DNA from: Calditrichia bacterium
Lineage (GTDB): Bacteria > Calditrichota > Calditrichia > JAJRVZ01
Length of the DNA: 64,000 nucleotides
Reading direction: 5' to 3'
Assembly: GCA_963796965.1 (NCBI GenBank)
Contig: CAWCNS010000007.1
Span: 128,001 to 192,000 of the forward strand
Part shown: piece by piece, positions 1-10,105 of the stretch
How positions within the stretch are numbered: the first letter of the stretch is position 1
Layout of the letters: every line of letters begins with the position of its first letter
Program-made: the position numbers and the translations under genes
Notes under the pieces: generated by a model
Database searches by the model: none
The model's input: only the letters and a program-made list of their open reading frames with translations
Told to the model about the DNA's origin: nothing

Positions 1-496
1 TATCCTGTATTGGCCCCATACATAGATCTTACCACCAGCGGAGATGACTTTGGCTCACAGAACGGACCGTTGCTTTCACCCACAATGTTTGAGTCTCTTG
101 TTGTCCCGTACTTTTCTGCAAGAATTAGAAGGACGAAGGAACTCGGTCAGTGTTACTACTGGCATCATAGCTGTGGTTCCATAGTCAAACTGCTGGATCA
201 GATCATAGACTGTGGCGTTGATATTCTCAATCCGATACAGACCTCCGCTGCTGAAATGGACCCTAAACTACTAAAAGACCGCTTCGGAGATCGGCTCGTA
301 TTTTGGGGAGGGGTAGATGTTCAGCAATTCCTTCCTGGAGCGACACGCGATGAGATCCCTGATCCATATTGATGAGTTGCTCCGCGTATTTGGTGAAAAT
401 GGTGGTTATGTGATGGCGCCCGCTCATGAGATCCAGGATGATGTTCCGGCAGAGAATATCGTAGCGTGGATAGACACCATAAACGGTTACAGCTAA
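1..496 (+). CDS. Uroporphyrinogen decarboxylase / MtaA-CmuA methyltransferase-family protein (5' truncated by window; +1 frameshift near 364)
   Basis: Motifs GDDFGSQNGPLLSP, HHSCG, DILNPIQ, FWGGVDVQ. After one extra base the frame continues HIDELLRVFGENGGYVMAPAHEIQDDVPAENI to TAA at 494-496. Confidence 0.8.
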
Positions 497-560
497 AAAG
501 CACATCCACTCTGACCGCTAATCCGCTACCCTCTATGATGGCAGGTGTGCTGAGCCAAGT
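491..560 (+). mobile_element. Degenerate attC-like site
   Basis: AGCTAAA-AAGCACATCCACTCTGACCGC ... GGCAGGTGTGCTG overlaps the stop codon and the arms pair partially. The R' GTT box is not intact. Confidence 0.3.
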
Positions 561-749
561 CCTGAGGTCAGATATCTGTCAATACATGCATTAAAATAAG
601 GGAGTACAATGTTTTGAAAAAATTGTTATTGCTTTTTTTGTCTGTAATTATTGTTTGTACCGGGTTTTCTCAGGATTATAAAGGAATAAAACCTCTGTTC
701 CCGTTATAACACAAATAAAATTATATTAGATAATGCGAAAGGTACTACT

Positions 750-2327
750 GTGTCTATCCCAATGAGAAATATTTATCATTTAGTGATATGTCTATTATTG
801 CTGGGATGTGGTGATGGGCCGGAAATTGTAAAAATATCACCCGATCCTGATCAGGTCTACCAGACCATAGATGGATTTGGTGCTTCAGATGCCTGGCGAT
901 GTCAGTTTGTGGGAAAAAACTGGCCGTTGGAGAAACGTGAACGCATCGCTGATTTATTATTCAGTAAAGAGTTTAATGATAATGGAAATCCTAAAGGCAT
1001 AGGATTATCACTCTGGCGGTTTAATATAAGTGCCGGAACAACAGAGCAGGGCGAAGCGTCTGATATCGGAAATCCCTGGCGTCGTGGCGAATGCTTTCAG
1101 AATTCCGATGGCAGTTATGACTGGTCAAAGATGGTTGGGCAACGGTGGTTTTTGCAGGCTGCTAAAGAGCGGGGAGTGGAGAAATTCCTCGCTTTTCCCA
1201 ATGCGCCCCCTGTTCACTACAGCCGTAATGGGAAGGGCTATGCGGAAAAGGGGGTTGTCCGTTTTAACCTGAAACCAGGAAAAATGGATGGGTATGCCGT
1301 CTTTCTGGTTGATGTGATCCAGCATTTTGAAAAAGAAGGCATCCATTTTGACTATTTAAGTCCCTTCAACGAGCCGCAGTGGAACTGGGATGGACCAGGC
1401 CAGGAGGGAACGCCGGCATTAAACACAGAACTGTATGCTTTTATTAAAATGCTATCAGATGAATTGGCCCAACGCCGACTTACCACTAGTTTGGTAATCG
1501 GAGAAGCCGCTACCATTGGTCATGTCGCCAAAATCATGAAAGATGATGGCAGGGATGACCAGGCCCAATTTTTCTTTAATCCCCAATCACCCTATTATAT
1601 TGGAGATTTTCCAAATGTGGAAAAGACCATATCTGCCCATAGTTACCATTCCGTATGGCCCCTGGATGAACAGGTTGAATACCGATTAATGCTGCATGAA
1701 ATGCTTAGAAAGGCCAATTCCGATTTGGGTTATTGGCAAAGTGAGTATTGTATCCTCCAAAATAATGATGAAATTATCAAGGGCGGAGGTCGGGATCTGG
1801 GAATGGCTACTGCCTTATATGTCGCCCGGATTATCCATAATGATTTAACGCTCTGCAAGGCTAAATCATGGCAATGGTGGACGGCAATTACGGAAGTAAA
1901 TTATAAAGATGGTCTTGTTTATTTGGATGATGGGTCTGAGGACAATTCCGGGAAAATGGGCGCGAAGATCGAAAGTTTGTTTTACGATGGCGAGGTTCGT
2001 GAGAGTAAGTTGCTCTGGACCCTGGGTAACTATTCCCGGTTCATAAGACCGGGTATGGTACGAATTGCCTGTTCTGTAACGCCGGAACAATCTTATGAGG
2101 ATGGATTATTGGTTTCAGCTTATAAAAGTACCGATGATGATCTTGTTTTAGTATGTGTCAATCTTTCCATCGATGATAAATTATGTGACCTCCCTTTTTC
2201 AGATATGGTTGATGTCTATACGACATCACGTGACATGAGTCTTTTCAAAAGAAACCGAAAAGCATCCGATCTGAAAATTCCTGCTCGTTCTGTAGCCACT
2301 ATTTTACTTAAAAATGAGAAAGAATAG
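750..2327 (+). CDS. Glycoside hydrolase family 30 lipoprotein
   Basis: Lipobox LLLGC; GFGASDAW, WRFNISAG, acid/base SPFNEP and nucleophile WQSEYC motifs. Confidence 0.85.
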   Translation: MSIPMRNIYHLVICLLLLGCGDGPEIVKISPDPDQVYQTIDGFGASDAWRCQFVGKNWPLEKRERIADLLFSKEFNDNGNPKGIGLSLWRFNISAGTTEQGEASDIGNPWRRGECFQNSDGSYDWSKMVGQRWFLQAAKERGVEKFLAFPNAPPVHYSRNGKGYAEKGVVRFNLKPGKMDGYAVFLVDVIQHFEKEGIHFDYLSPFNEPQWNWDGPGQEGTPALNTELYAFIKMLSDELAQRRLTTSLVIGEAATIGHVAKIMKDDGRDDQAQFFFNPQSPYYIGDFPNVEKTISAHSYHSVWPLDEQVEYRLMLHEMLRKANSDLGYWQSEYCILQNNDEIIKGGGRDLGMATALYVARIIHNDLTLCKAKSWQWWTAITEVNYKDGLVYLDDGSEDNSGKMGAKIESLFYDGEVRESKLLWTLGNYSRFIRPGMVRIACSVTPEQSYEDGLLVSAYKSTDDDLVLVCVNLSIDDKLCDLPFSDMVDVYTTSRDMSLFKRNRKASDLKIPARSVATILLKNEKE

Positions 2328-2448
2328 CAGATTAGTGAATTGTGGAGTGCAGTTTAAAAAGTGTTGTGTCGGTGCTTGAAAAAAATACTATCCTAAAAAC
2401 AGCTTAAAAATCAGGTATAAGAAATACATTTATTGATTAATATTGGAA

Positions 2449-2678
2449 AAGATCTATTGATCTGCACGGAAAAGAACGATAGATCCATGAGAAAAAGAAC
2501 TATAGTCCCAGGGGTACAAGATCTATAGAAAGGGGAGTAAAAGAACTATAGTTCCGGGAGTACAAGATCTATAGATCCGAGGGTAGAAGATTTAGAGTCT
2601 CATGGGTACAAGATCAATAGATCTTTTACCAAAAGAACTAGCAATCTATTCCTCAAAGTTCTATAGATCTTTTCCCGG
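2449..2678. repeat. Array of ten degenerate 23-bp units, core AAGA(A/T)CTATAG, palindromic consensus AAAAGATCTATAGATCTTTT
   Basis: Cores start at 2449, 2472, 2495, 2518, 2541, 2564, 2587, 2610, 2633 and 2656 (exactly 23 bp apart). Nine GATC sites. No ORF in the track covers it. Confidence 0.9.
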
Positions 2679-3273
2679 GAGAGGGTTTACTTCTCATAAT
2701 AATTTATATATTTTTGCTTGTGACATTTCCTCTTTTTCTTATATTACATAAGAATCCTTCTCCAATGCTCAAGTGAACACATAGATTTTCTAAGATTGTA
2801 GTATTTAGAGATTGATTCCCCATATTAAGATTTATATCCGTTTATATGTGTTATACAGAAGGAGTGGGGATAGGGGATTGATAATTTTCGTGCTGATTAT
2901 ATATCAGTTGGACAAATAAATCATATGTTTACTGGTTAGCTCTGTTTTGATTTAATTATTTGACAGATTTTTATTTGAATTGACAGTTTTTTTGCAACTT
3001 TTGATTCGGGTAGTCATTTACTAAAGAGACTGTATCTAAGGACATGGTTTTATATTGCGTTATTTCCGCCTAATACTGCATTTTTGCATTCTATATTTAC
3101 AAGAAGAACCATAAATTACAGTTATAATTACACTTATTATGCCACAGCGATTCGTCCGCCGAATACGAGATAGCTGGAATTAAACACACAATATTTAGGT
3201 GTTAGAATACTCTGTGAAAGATGAGATTATCCGTATATACTCTTACTGAAACTCAATAAATGGAGTACTTAAT

Positions 3274-3448
3274 ATGGATAAAAATAATAGTTTCGGAATT
3301 AAAACAGGAATAGGTATGGCTTTAGGAGTCGGTGTCGGAACAGCGATTGGCGTAGTCTATTGGAAATATTGCTATTGGTACTGCTTTGGGAGCGGGAATA
3401 GGCCTCTTGGTTGGAATTATCTTAGATATATCCGGAAAAGAGAAATAG
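3274..3448 (+). CDS. Small glycine-zipper membrane protein (cassette ORF; +1 frameshift near 3358)
   Basis: Corrected frame reads MDKNNSFGIKTGIGMALGVGVGTAIGV-IGNIAIGTALGAGIGLLVGIILDISGKEK*. The TAG at 3446-3448 abuts the attC site. Confidence 0.65.
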
Positions 3449-3517
3449 AGTTAACCAGTCGCTGGAGGTGACGCCACACGCAGGCGCTCGTAGCGCACCT
3501 CAGCTTAAACGTTATAC
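3449..3517 (+). mobile_element. Integron attC recombination site
   Basis: Canonical geometry: R'' AGTTAAC, 5-nt spacer, L'' GCTGGAGG ... L' CCTCAGC, 6-nt spacer, R' GTTATAC. L''/L' pair perfectly with one extrahelical G, and TG(A)CGC pairs with GCGCA. Confidence 0.85.
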
Positions 3518-3733
3518 CACCAACAAATTTTGAGTTAACCAGGCAATGAGTAAGACTTCCAGTTTTATATGACATAAATCTAATTTAATTGCAGTTGAAA
3601 AAATGCATGTGGTTTGCGAAGTCTGGTACTTTCCTTTATGTTTAATATAAATTTATAATGATAAGTATTGAAAATACCAATCTATTCCCATTTGTGCGAG
3701 GTTGAAGAAATCCAAAATAAATAAATTAAACAA

Positions 3734-6282
3734 ATGGATATGCCAATGAGAGTAAAAGAGTTTGAGAAATCGGTAAAGAATAAGTTTAACGTTTACAACA
3801 GCTTATTCTTGAGCCTTCCTTTTCGAAAGATCAGTAATATCGGAATGCTTATTCCTTTGATGCATCATGTATGTAAAGAGGGACTTGAATCGGGAAGCGA
3901 TCCACTGGAAATTCTTGATTCCTTTTTCAGCATTCACGCAAATATACATTCGGAAGAAGAGAAAATTGATTTTATGTTCAGAGTCATTCAGTACATTGAA
4001 AGACAAATTGTGCTTTATGACAGTGTTGAAGATGCCGCCTTTACTCATCTGATGGCGCTTGGTGATCATTTATCGCTTAAAGATTATATCCATTTTTCGG
4101 TCAATGAAAAAGGAGAGGCTCGCATATCAGAGAAACTATCCACATTCAGCGCAAGGATTGTGTTTACAGCTCATCCGACGCAGTTTTATTCTCCTTCGGT
4201 ACTGGATATCATCGCTAAATTGAGAGGACTGATAAATGAAAACAATATTAATGAAATCGATCTCACCTTACAACAATTGGGATTAACATCCTTGATTAAT
4301 TCCAAAAAACCAACGCCCTTTGATGAAGCAAAAAATGTTATCTACTTTCTGCGAAATGTGTATTATGATGCCGTAGGTGAGCTGTATTCCAATATCAAGA
4401 AGAATATCAAAAATGAAACTTTCGATAATTCGAATATCATTCAGCTTGGATTCTGGCCAGGCGGCGACCGGGACGGTAATCCCTTTGTTACTTCGGAAAC
4501 AACGAATGCTGTCGCAGATGAACTGCGTATGACATTGATGAAATGCTATTACCAGGATATTAAAAATTTAACAGCAAAAACTAACCTTCAGAGAAGTAGA
4601 AGATATTGTTGCATAATCTGAGGGATAGGCTTTACATAACCATGTTTGATCCGGTAAAAACAATAGGATTTGAGGATATAATAAAGCCACTTTGTTCGGT
4701 CAAAGAATCTCTTGTAAAAAAATATAACAGTTTATATCTCGAGGAACTGAATAATCTTATTGATAAAGTCAGAATCTTCAAAACACATTTTGCTGCTCTG
4801 GATATCAGGCAGAACCACAGCGTTCACAAACAAACCGTTGAAGAAATCCTTAAAAAAGAAAATCTGATTACCGATAGCCTGGATGAGTTGGAAAAAGATG
4901 AATTAATTTCTATTCTTACCCACAGAAAAATCAATGTTTTGCCTGATCCGTTTAAAGAAGAGATTATAAAAGATACGATCCGGACAATAACTCAACTGAA
5001 AACCATACAAAGCAAAAATGGTCCGGAAGGCTGCAATCGATATATTATTAGTAATTCCGAAGATATTTTCGCTGTTTTATTTGTCTATGGCCTTTTCAGG
5101 TGGTGTGGCTGGGATAAAGGGGAGATGCCCTTTGATATCATTCCGTTGTTTGAGTCTATGGAAGGTATGAAAAATGCCGAATTAATCATGCAGGAGCTTT
5201 TTGATATTCCCGAATACAGAGCACACATAAAACAGCGCCATGAGAAGCAGACCATTATGCTCGGATTCTCCGATGGTACCAAAGATGGAGGCTATCTTCA
5301 GGCCAACTGGTCGATATTCAAAACAAAAGAGAAGCTATCCGCCGTTTGTGAACAATACAATATCAAGGCGATATTTTTTGATGGCCGCGGTGGGCCGCCT
5401 GCCCGTGGTGGCGGTAAAACACATCGTTTCTATGCCGCCCAAAGCCAAAAAATTGCTAATCATGCAATTCAATTAACCATTCAGGGCCAGACTATTACCA
5501 GTAAATATGGGACCAAAGATCATTTTATTCATAATTGCGAGCAACTGCTTACAGCCGGGTTATCCAATAGTTTATATGAAAAAGAACATACCATCCACGA
5601 TGAATCGCGAAATCTTATTGAGGCGCTGGGCCGGATAAGCTTTGACAAATATAATGATCTTAAAAACCACAAAATGTTTGTGCCGTATCTAGAGAATAAG
5701 AGCACTTTAAAATATTATGGTAAAGCCAATATAGGAAGCCGTCCATCCAAAAGAGGGGATAAAGAAAATCTGGAATTTAAAGATTTACGGGCTATTCCTT
5801 TTGTAGGGTCATGGAGTCAATTAAGGCAAAATGTTCCCGGTTACTTTGGTATCGGTACCGCGATTAAAGCATTGGTAAATGAGGGCAAACTGGAACAACT
5901 AAAGAAATTATTTAAAGAGGTGCCTTTCTTTAAAGCACTGCTCCTTAATAGCATGATGTCATTATCAAAATGTTATTTTGAATTAACTGCCTATATTGCC
6001 AAAGATGAAGAATATGAAGACTTCTGGAATATATTATTTGAAGAATATAAACTTTCAAAAGAAATGGTGCTGCTCATTTCTGATTACAATATTTTGATGG
6101 AGGAAGAACCTGTTTCAAGAAATTCAATCGAGATCAGGGAGCGAATCGTTTTACCTTTATTGGTTATTCAGCAATATGCCTTGCAGAAAATTGAAAAAAA
6201 TTCCGGCAAGAAAGATACTTATGAAAAAATAGTTAGACGATCATTATACGGAAATATCAATGCCAGCAGAAATTCTGCTTGA
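3734..6282 (+). CDS. ppc: Phosphoenolpyruvate carboxylase (two apparent +1 frameshifts near 4575-4606)
   Basis: Motifs VFTAHPT, GGDRDGNP, MLGFSDGTKDGG, FFDGRGGPPARGGG, LRAIPFV. ORFs 3734-4621 and 4606-6282 join through an intermediate frame LTFREVEDI. Confidence 0.92.
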
Positions 6283-6341
6283 ATTTAAAACTATCTGATT
6301 TAAGTAAAGTGAAAAAGGTTTTACAGATATGCAGAAAAAAA

Positions 6342-6474
6342 GTATAACAAGCGTTTCAACGTCGACCTAAAACACGTTGATTCAATTTTAAATTTTTCGA
6401 TCCGGGCTGGTGTATTGGCAATTTCCAATCACTGGCCGCTTGGTTTTAGGCGGGTTAAATGCAGGCCGTTAGGT
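6342..6474 (+). mobile_element. Integron attC site
   Basis: R'' GTATAAC then AAGCGTTTCAACGTCGACCTAAAAC ... GTTTTAGGCGGGTTAAATGC then R' GTTAGGT. The arms are complementary with bulged bases. Confidence 0.75.
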
Positions 6475-6525
6475 AGTAAAAATAGATTGAAAAAAGAGAA
6501 ATAATGAAATCCCCAATATAGCTAG

Positions 6526-7329
6526 GTGATGGATATGAAAATAGAAGGTCGTACTATACTCATTACTGGCGCATCAAGCGGTATTGGTTTAGCAACAGCA
6601 AAAGCAATGGCAGAGAGAGGGGGATATATCATATTGCTAGCGCGGAATAAGAACGCATTGGATGAAGCGGTATCGGGAATAATTGCCCAAGGGGGGCGAG
6701 CTGTGTCTTATCCAGTAGATTTATCAATATCAAAAGCAGTTGATCAAGTAGCAGAGATAATCCATCGAAATGTAGGATTTGTTGATACTATAGTTAATAA
6801 TGCTGGGGCAGGCCGATGGCAATTTGTTGAGGAAACCGATCCAGAAGATGCTGTCCAAATGATGGCGGTACCATATCTTGCCGCCTTTTACATAACCAGA
6901 GCATTTTTGCCAGCAATGTTGGAACGAGACGAAGGTCATATTGTCAATATTACTTCGTTGGCTGCTTATGCTCCTTGGGCGGGAGCAACAGGTTATACGG
7001 CAGCGCGCTGGGCAATGCGTGGTTTTAGCGAAGCATTAAGAGCAGATATATATGGAACAAACTTAAAGGTAACCCTTTTTACGCCTGGCGAAGTCAATTC
7101 TCCTTATTGGAAAAATAATTCCGTTAGTAGGGATAGAATTCCCAAAATAGGGAAACTTTTTCCGAAAATGACACCCGAGAAGGTCGCAAGATCTATTGTT
7201 AAATCTGTAGAAAACAATAAACGAGAGGTTATCGTGCCACTTTCCCTACGGATGACGGTAGGACTGCACCGTATTTTTCCGTTTATTACTGAATGGTTAA
7301 TAAATCAGACAAGATGGAGACGTAAGTAA
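6526..7329 (+). CDS. Short-chain dehydrogenase/reductase (SDR)
   Basis: TGASSGIG and NNAG motifs. The catalytic YxxxK position reads YTAAR. Confidence 0.88.
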   Translation: MMDMKIEGRTILITGASSGIGLATAKAMAERGGYIILLARNKNALDEAVSGIIAQGGRAVSYPVDLSISKAVDQVAEIIHRNVGFVDTIVNNAGAGRWQFVEETDPEDAVQMMAVPYLAAFYITRAFLPAMLERDEGHIVNITSLAAYAPWAGATGYTAARWAMRGFSEALRADIYGTNLKVTLFTPGEVNSPYWKNNSVSRDRIPKIGKLFPKMTPEKVARSIVKSVENNKREVIVPLSLRMTVGLHRIFPFITEWLINQTRWRRK

Positions 7330-7338
7330 GATAACAGC

Positions 7339-7467
7339 TGCCAACCCCCGGTACCCGACCTAAAAAGCCGATGCTTTTTTGGAGTTTGGAGGTTTTTGGA
7401 TCAAGGTTGTACAATTAAATAGATTTGTCTCCTGCTTTTTGGTCGGGTTAAACCTGAGCCGATAAGT
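7339..7467 (+). mobile_element. attC-like site (same family as 6342-6474, degenerate R')
   Basis: TGCCAAC ... ACCCGACCTAAAAAGC pairs with GCTTTTTGGTCGGGT, followed by TAAACCTGAGCC GATAAGT. Shares GACCTAAAA and CGGGTTAAA with the upstream attC. Confidence 0.6.
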
Positions 7468-7494
7468 AAGCAAAATACTTAAAATAGGAATATT

Positions 7495-8196
7495 ATGACT
7501 GAAACATTACAACTACTCCCAATTTGGTACTTGGCATTTATTATTTCACTTACATTTCATGAGGCAGCACATGCATTTGTTGGACTAAAATTGGGAGATA
7601 CTACAGCAGAGGAGGGTGGGCAGGTCACATTAAATCCATTCCCTCACATCAAACGAGAAATAGTCGGAACAATTGTTGTCCCCTTGTTCACATTTTTTTC
7701 AAGTGGTTGGATGATTGGATGGGCATCAGCACCGTATAATATAAAATGGGCAAAATCATATCCTAAAAATTTTGCCGTTATGAGTATTGCCGGACCCGTT
7801 GCCAATTTATTGTTAGTATTATTGGTGCTTCTTATAACCAATATCGGATATTACTTTGATATTTTCTATGCTCCGGAATCAGTAAGTTTTTCTTATGTTA
7901 CCGATTCAGAATTGGGTGGGGTATATTCAAAATTAGGCACATTTTTAAGTATTCTGTTTTCACTAAATATTCTGCTCCTCGTGTTCAATCTGCTACCATT
8001 ACCCATGCTAGATGGGAGTAAAATTCCCTTGTTTTTTATTGAGCAAGATAAAACGAGTAGATATATAGATTTTATTAATAATCCCAAATTAGTTTTTCCT
8101 ACTCTCATGGTCGCCTGGTTTGGATTCGAGTATATTCATGACCCTATACGAAATATATTTCTAAATATGCTCTATTATGGTGTGAGCTATGGATAG
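7495..8196 (+). CDS. Site-2 protease (peptidase M50) family membrane protein
   Basis: HEAAH and NLLPLPMLDG motifs; hydrophobic segments. Confidence 0.9.
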   Translation: MTETLQLLPIWYLAFIISLTFHEAAHAFVGLKLGDTTAEEGGQVTLNPFPHIKREIVGTIVVPLFTFFSSGWMIGWASAPYNIKWAKSYPKNFAVMSIAGPVANLLLVLLVLLITNIGYYFDIFYAPESVSFSYVTDSELGGVYSKLGTFLSILFSLNILLLVFNLLPLPMLDGSKIPLFFIEQDKTSRYIDFINNPKLVFPTLMVAWFGFEYIHDPIRNIFLNMLYYGVSYG

Positions 8197-8229
8197 AATT
8201 GTTTTTTGTTTTGAACAAACAGAGATATT

Positions 8230-8266
8230 GTTAACATTTTATTCTAAGGACATGGCTTACACTTTT
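8230..8266 (+). repeat. Dispersed repeat / IS-end-like sequence GTTAACATTTTATTCTAAGGACATGGCTTACACTTTT
   Basis: First 29 nt are 27/29 identical to 11853-11881. The core TCTAAGGACATGG also occurs at 3035-3047. Confidence 0.65.
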
Positions 8267-8271
8267 TATTA

Positions 8272-8451
8272 GATTGAGCACCTGATGGCTATACGATCAT
8301 TTTCAAATAGCCTGACGGAACAAAAATTACCTTCAATGCAAATCGTCAAGGAAAGATGGACATATATATAATGGATATTGATGGTGCAAATCAATACAAT
8401 CTATCAAACAACAAATCGCGAGAAACACTACCAAGATTTAGACCAAATTGA
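8272..8451 (+). pseudogene. TolB/PD40-repeat protein C-terminal remnant
   Basis: Frame reads D*APDGYTIIFK*PDGTKITFNANRQGKMDIYIMDIDGANQYNLSNNKSRETLPRFRPN*, with no start codon and internal stops. Confidence 0.65.
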
Positions 8452-8561
8452 AAAAAACATTCTACCCTCTGCTAAACCTCGTAGAACGAAGTTAGCAGTG
8501 ATCGATAGCATTTATTATAAAAAACCATAAAACTTCTCAGTTTAAGAAATGTAAATTAATT

Positions 8562-9920
8562 ATGAATATAAATAGAAGAATTAGCATAAAAAGCATCACT
8601 ATAAGAATTTTAACAGCGATAATAATGCTCGGTGCAGTTATAGGTACGAAACTAGCAGGTCAAAATGCAAAAGGAGTAATACTCAAATCTGAAAGTAAGG
8701 AATACTATGACTGGAAGAAGAATATGACGATTGCTGACAGAAAACGCGATGCTGCAGGTATGTTGCTTCTGCTTCAGTCTTATGATGAGACAATCCGTCG
8801 CGGTATGTCGTTTTTGCTGGTGGATCATCTGAAATGGTTCAAGGGACCAAGCGAAAACCTCATCGATGAGAACGGACACACCCAGATGCCGTGGGTGTAC
8901 TATTCGAACCTTCAACATAATGGTGAGCCGTTTCCAACTTCTGTAGACCGTTTTGTGTCTTATCCTGCATTTCATCACTCCCTTATGATTAGGACGTTTA
9001 TTAAATATTTTCAATATTCAGGAGATGAACAGGCACTTGCGGAAGCCATTAAGCTGGCAGACTGGAATATCGCACACAGTACACCAGACGAATGGGTTTA
9101 TGGGAACATGCCCTACAGCACGTTTGAGGAGAAGAAACCAGGAGGATTTCGGGATAAGACCGGTATCATGCCAGACAAAGCAGCTATTATGGCTTTGTCT
9201 TATATAGAATTGTATAAAGTCAGCCAAAAGACCAGATTTTTGGATGCAGCTGAAGCCATAAGTCAAACGTTAGCCATTAACCAGCGCCCTAATGGCACTT
9301 GGCCTTTCCGTGTTGACCCGAAAACAGAAGAGGTGATTGAAGATTATACAAGCAGCGTCATCTATGCCGTCATGTTATTCGAGAGCCTTGATGAATTAAA
9401 CAAAAATAATCATTACGAAACTTATCGAGACCGAACGTGGAAGTGGTTGCTGACGGGTCCCATCAAGACCAAGGAATTTCGAGGCTTTTATGAAGATATT
9501 TCGGAAAGTACAGAGGGTCGTACCAATTACGATTGCCTCGACGTAATCCGTTACCTGTTGGCAAATCGTACAGAGATCAATGGCTACCTTGAGATCGCAC
9601 AGGAACTCAATACCTGGATCGAAGATATCTTTATGGACAAGATTGTGGGCTTTGAGCCAGCTGAAGGAATTCGCGAGCAATTGCAGTGCAACGTGGTTAT
9701 GGGCGTTCATAGCCTAAACTGGGCGTCTATGCTGCTGGACCTCTCAAAAGCCACCGGTGATGATAAGATGCGGGAGCGGGCTATCCAGACGGCCAATTAC
9801 GTTACCTACTACCTTCAGCCTGATAACCGGATTGTGGTGGGTTTTAGTTACAATCAATGGTGGTACAGTTGCCACACAGGTGTGATCCTTTATTTATTCG
9901 ATTTCCTCGAGAAAGAGTGA
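8562..9920 (+). CDS. Secreted hypothetical protein, probable (alpha/alpha)-toroid / six-hairpin glycosidase-like fold
   Basis: 452-aa ORF with an N-terminal hydrophobic signal and helical repeats such as FLDAAEAISQTLAINQRPNGTWP. The fold is inferred only. Confidence 0.55.
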   Translation: MNINRRISIKSITIRILTAIIMLGAVIGTKLAGQNAKGVILKSESKEYYDWKKNMTIADRKRDAAGMLLLLQSYDETIRRGMSFLLVDHLKWFKGPSENLIDENGHTQMPWVYYSNLQHNGEPFPTSVDRFVSYPAFHHSLMIRTFIKYFQYSGDEQALAEAIKLADWNIAHSTPDEWVYGNMPYSTFEEKKPGGFRDKTGIMPDKAAIMALSYIELYKVSQKTRFLDAAEAISQTLAINQRPNGTWPFRVDPKTEEVIEDYTSSVIYAVMLFESLDELNKNNHYETYRDRTWKWLLTGPIKTKEFRGFYEDISESTEGRTNYDCLDVIRYLLANRTEINGYLEIAQELNTWIEDIFMDKIVGFEPAEGIREQLQCNVVMGVHSLNWASMLLDLSKATGDDKMRERAIQTANYVTYYLQPDNRIVVGFSYNQWWYSCHTGVILYLFDFLEKE

Positions 9921-9960
9921 TCTATGAAAACCAATTTTATATAAACGATTGGAAAATCGC

Positions 9961-10057
9961 GTATAACAAAAGCATTATAGGGAATTAGCACACGTCCGGT
10001 TTCTTTGATATTGTAAATGCTTTGAGCGTTCTAATCTCCTTATGCTAACCGATATCG
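9961..10057 (+). mobile_element. attC-like site (degenerate R')
   Basis: R'' GTATAAC; AGCATTATAGGGAATTAG pairs imperfectly with CTAATCTCCTTATGCT; R' reads GATATCG. Confidence 0.55.
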
Positions 10058-10105
10058 GTATATTATTATGAAAGTTGCTTTGCTGATAATAAAGGAATGA
10101 AGTAA

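Noticed and set aside
2335..2379. SEC-C-like peptide remnant (NCGVQFKKCC)
   Set aside because: Only about 14 codons with an imperfect motif; could be chance.
2449..2678. CRISPR array interpretation of the 23-bp periodic repeat
   Set aside because: The conserved part (~11 bp) and variable part (~12 bp) are far shorter than CRISPR repeats and spacers, the linkers resemble each other, and there are no cas genes in the window.
3190..3210. attI site at GTTAGAA upstream of the first clear cassette
   Set aside because: A lone GTTRRRY-like match without an adjacent intI or recognisable L box is not sufficient.
2400..3270. Chromosomal replication origin (GATC-rich repeats next to an AT-rich tract)
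   Set aside because: I found no TTATCCACA-type DnaA boxes and no dnaA, dnaN, gidA or rep gene nearby. Not supportable from this window.
4570..4621. Programmed frameshifting or phase variation in ppc and other split genes
   Set aside because: No consistent slippery sites or long homopolymer tracts, and the indels are scattered over many unrelated genes. Sequencing error is simpler.
8455..8520. Additional attC after the TolB remnant (CTGCTAAAC...GTTAGCAG hairpin)
   Set aside because: A hairpin is present, but the R'' and R' boxes and their spacing are not recognisable.
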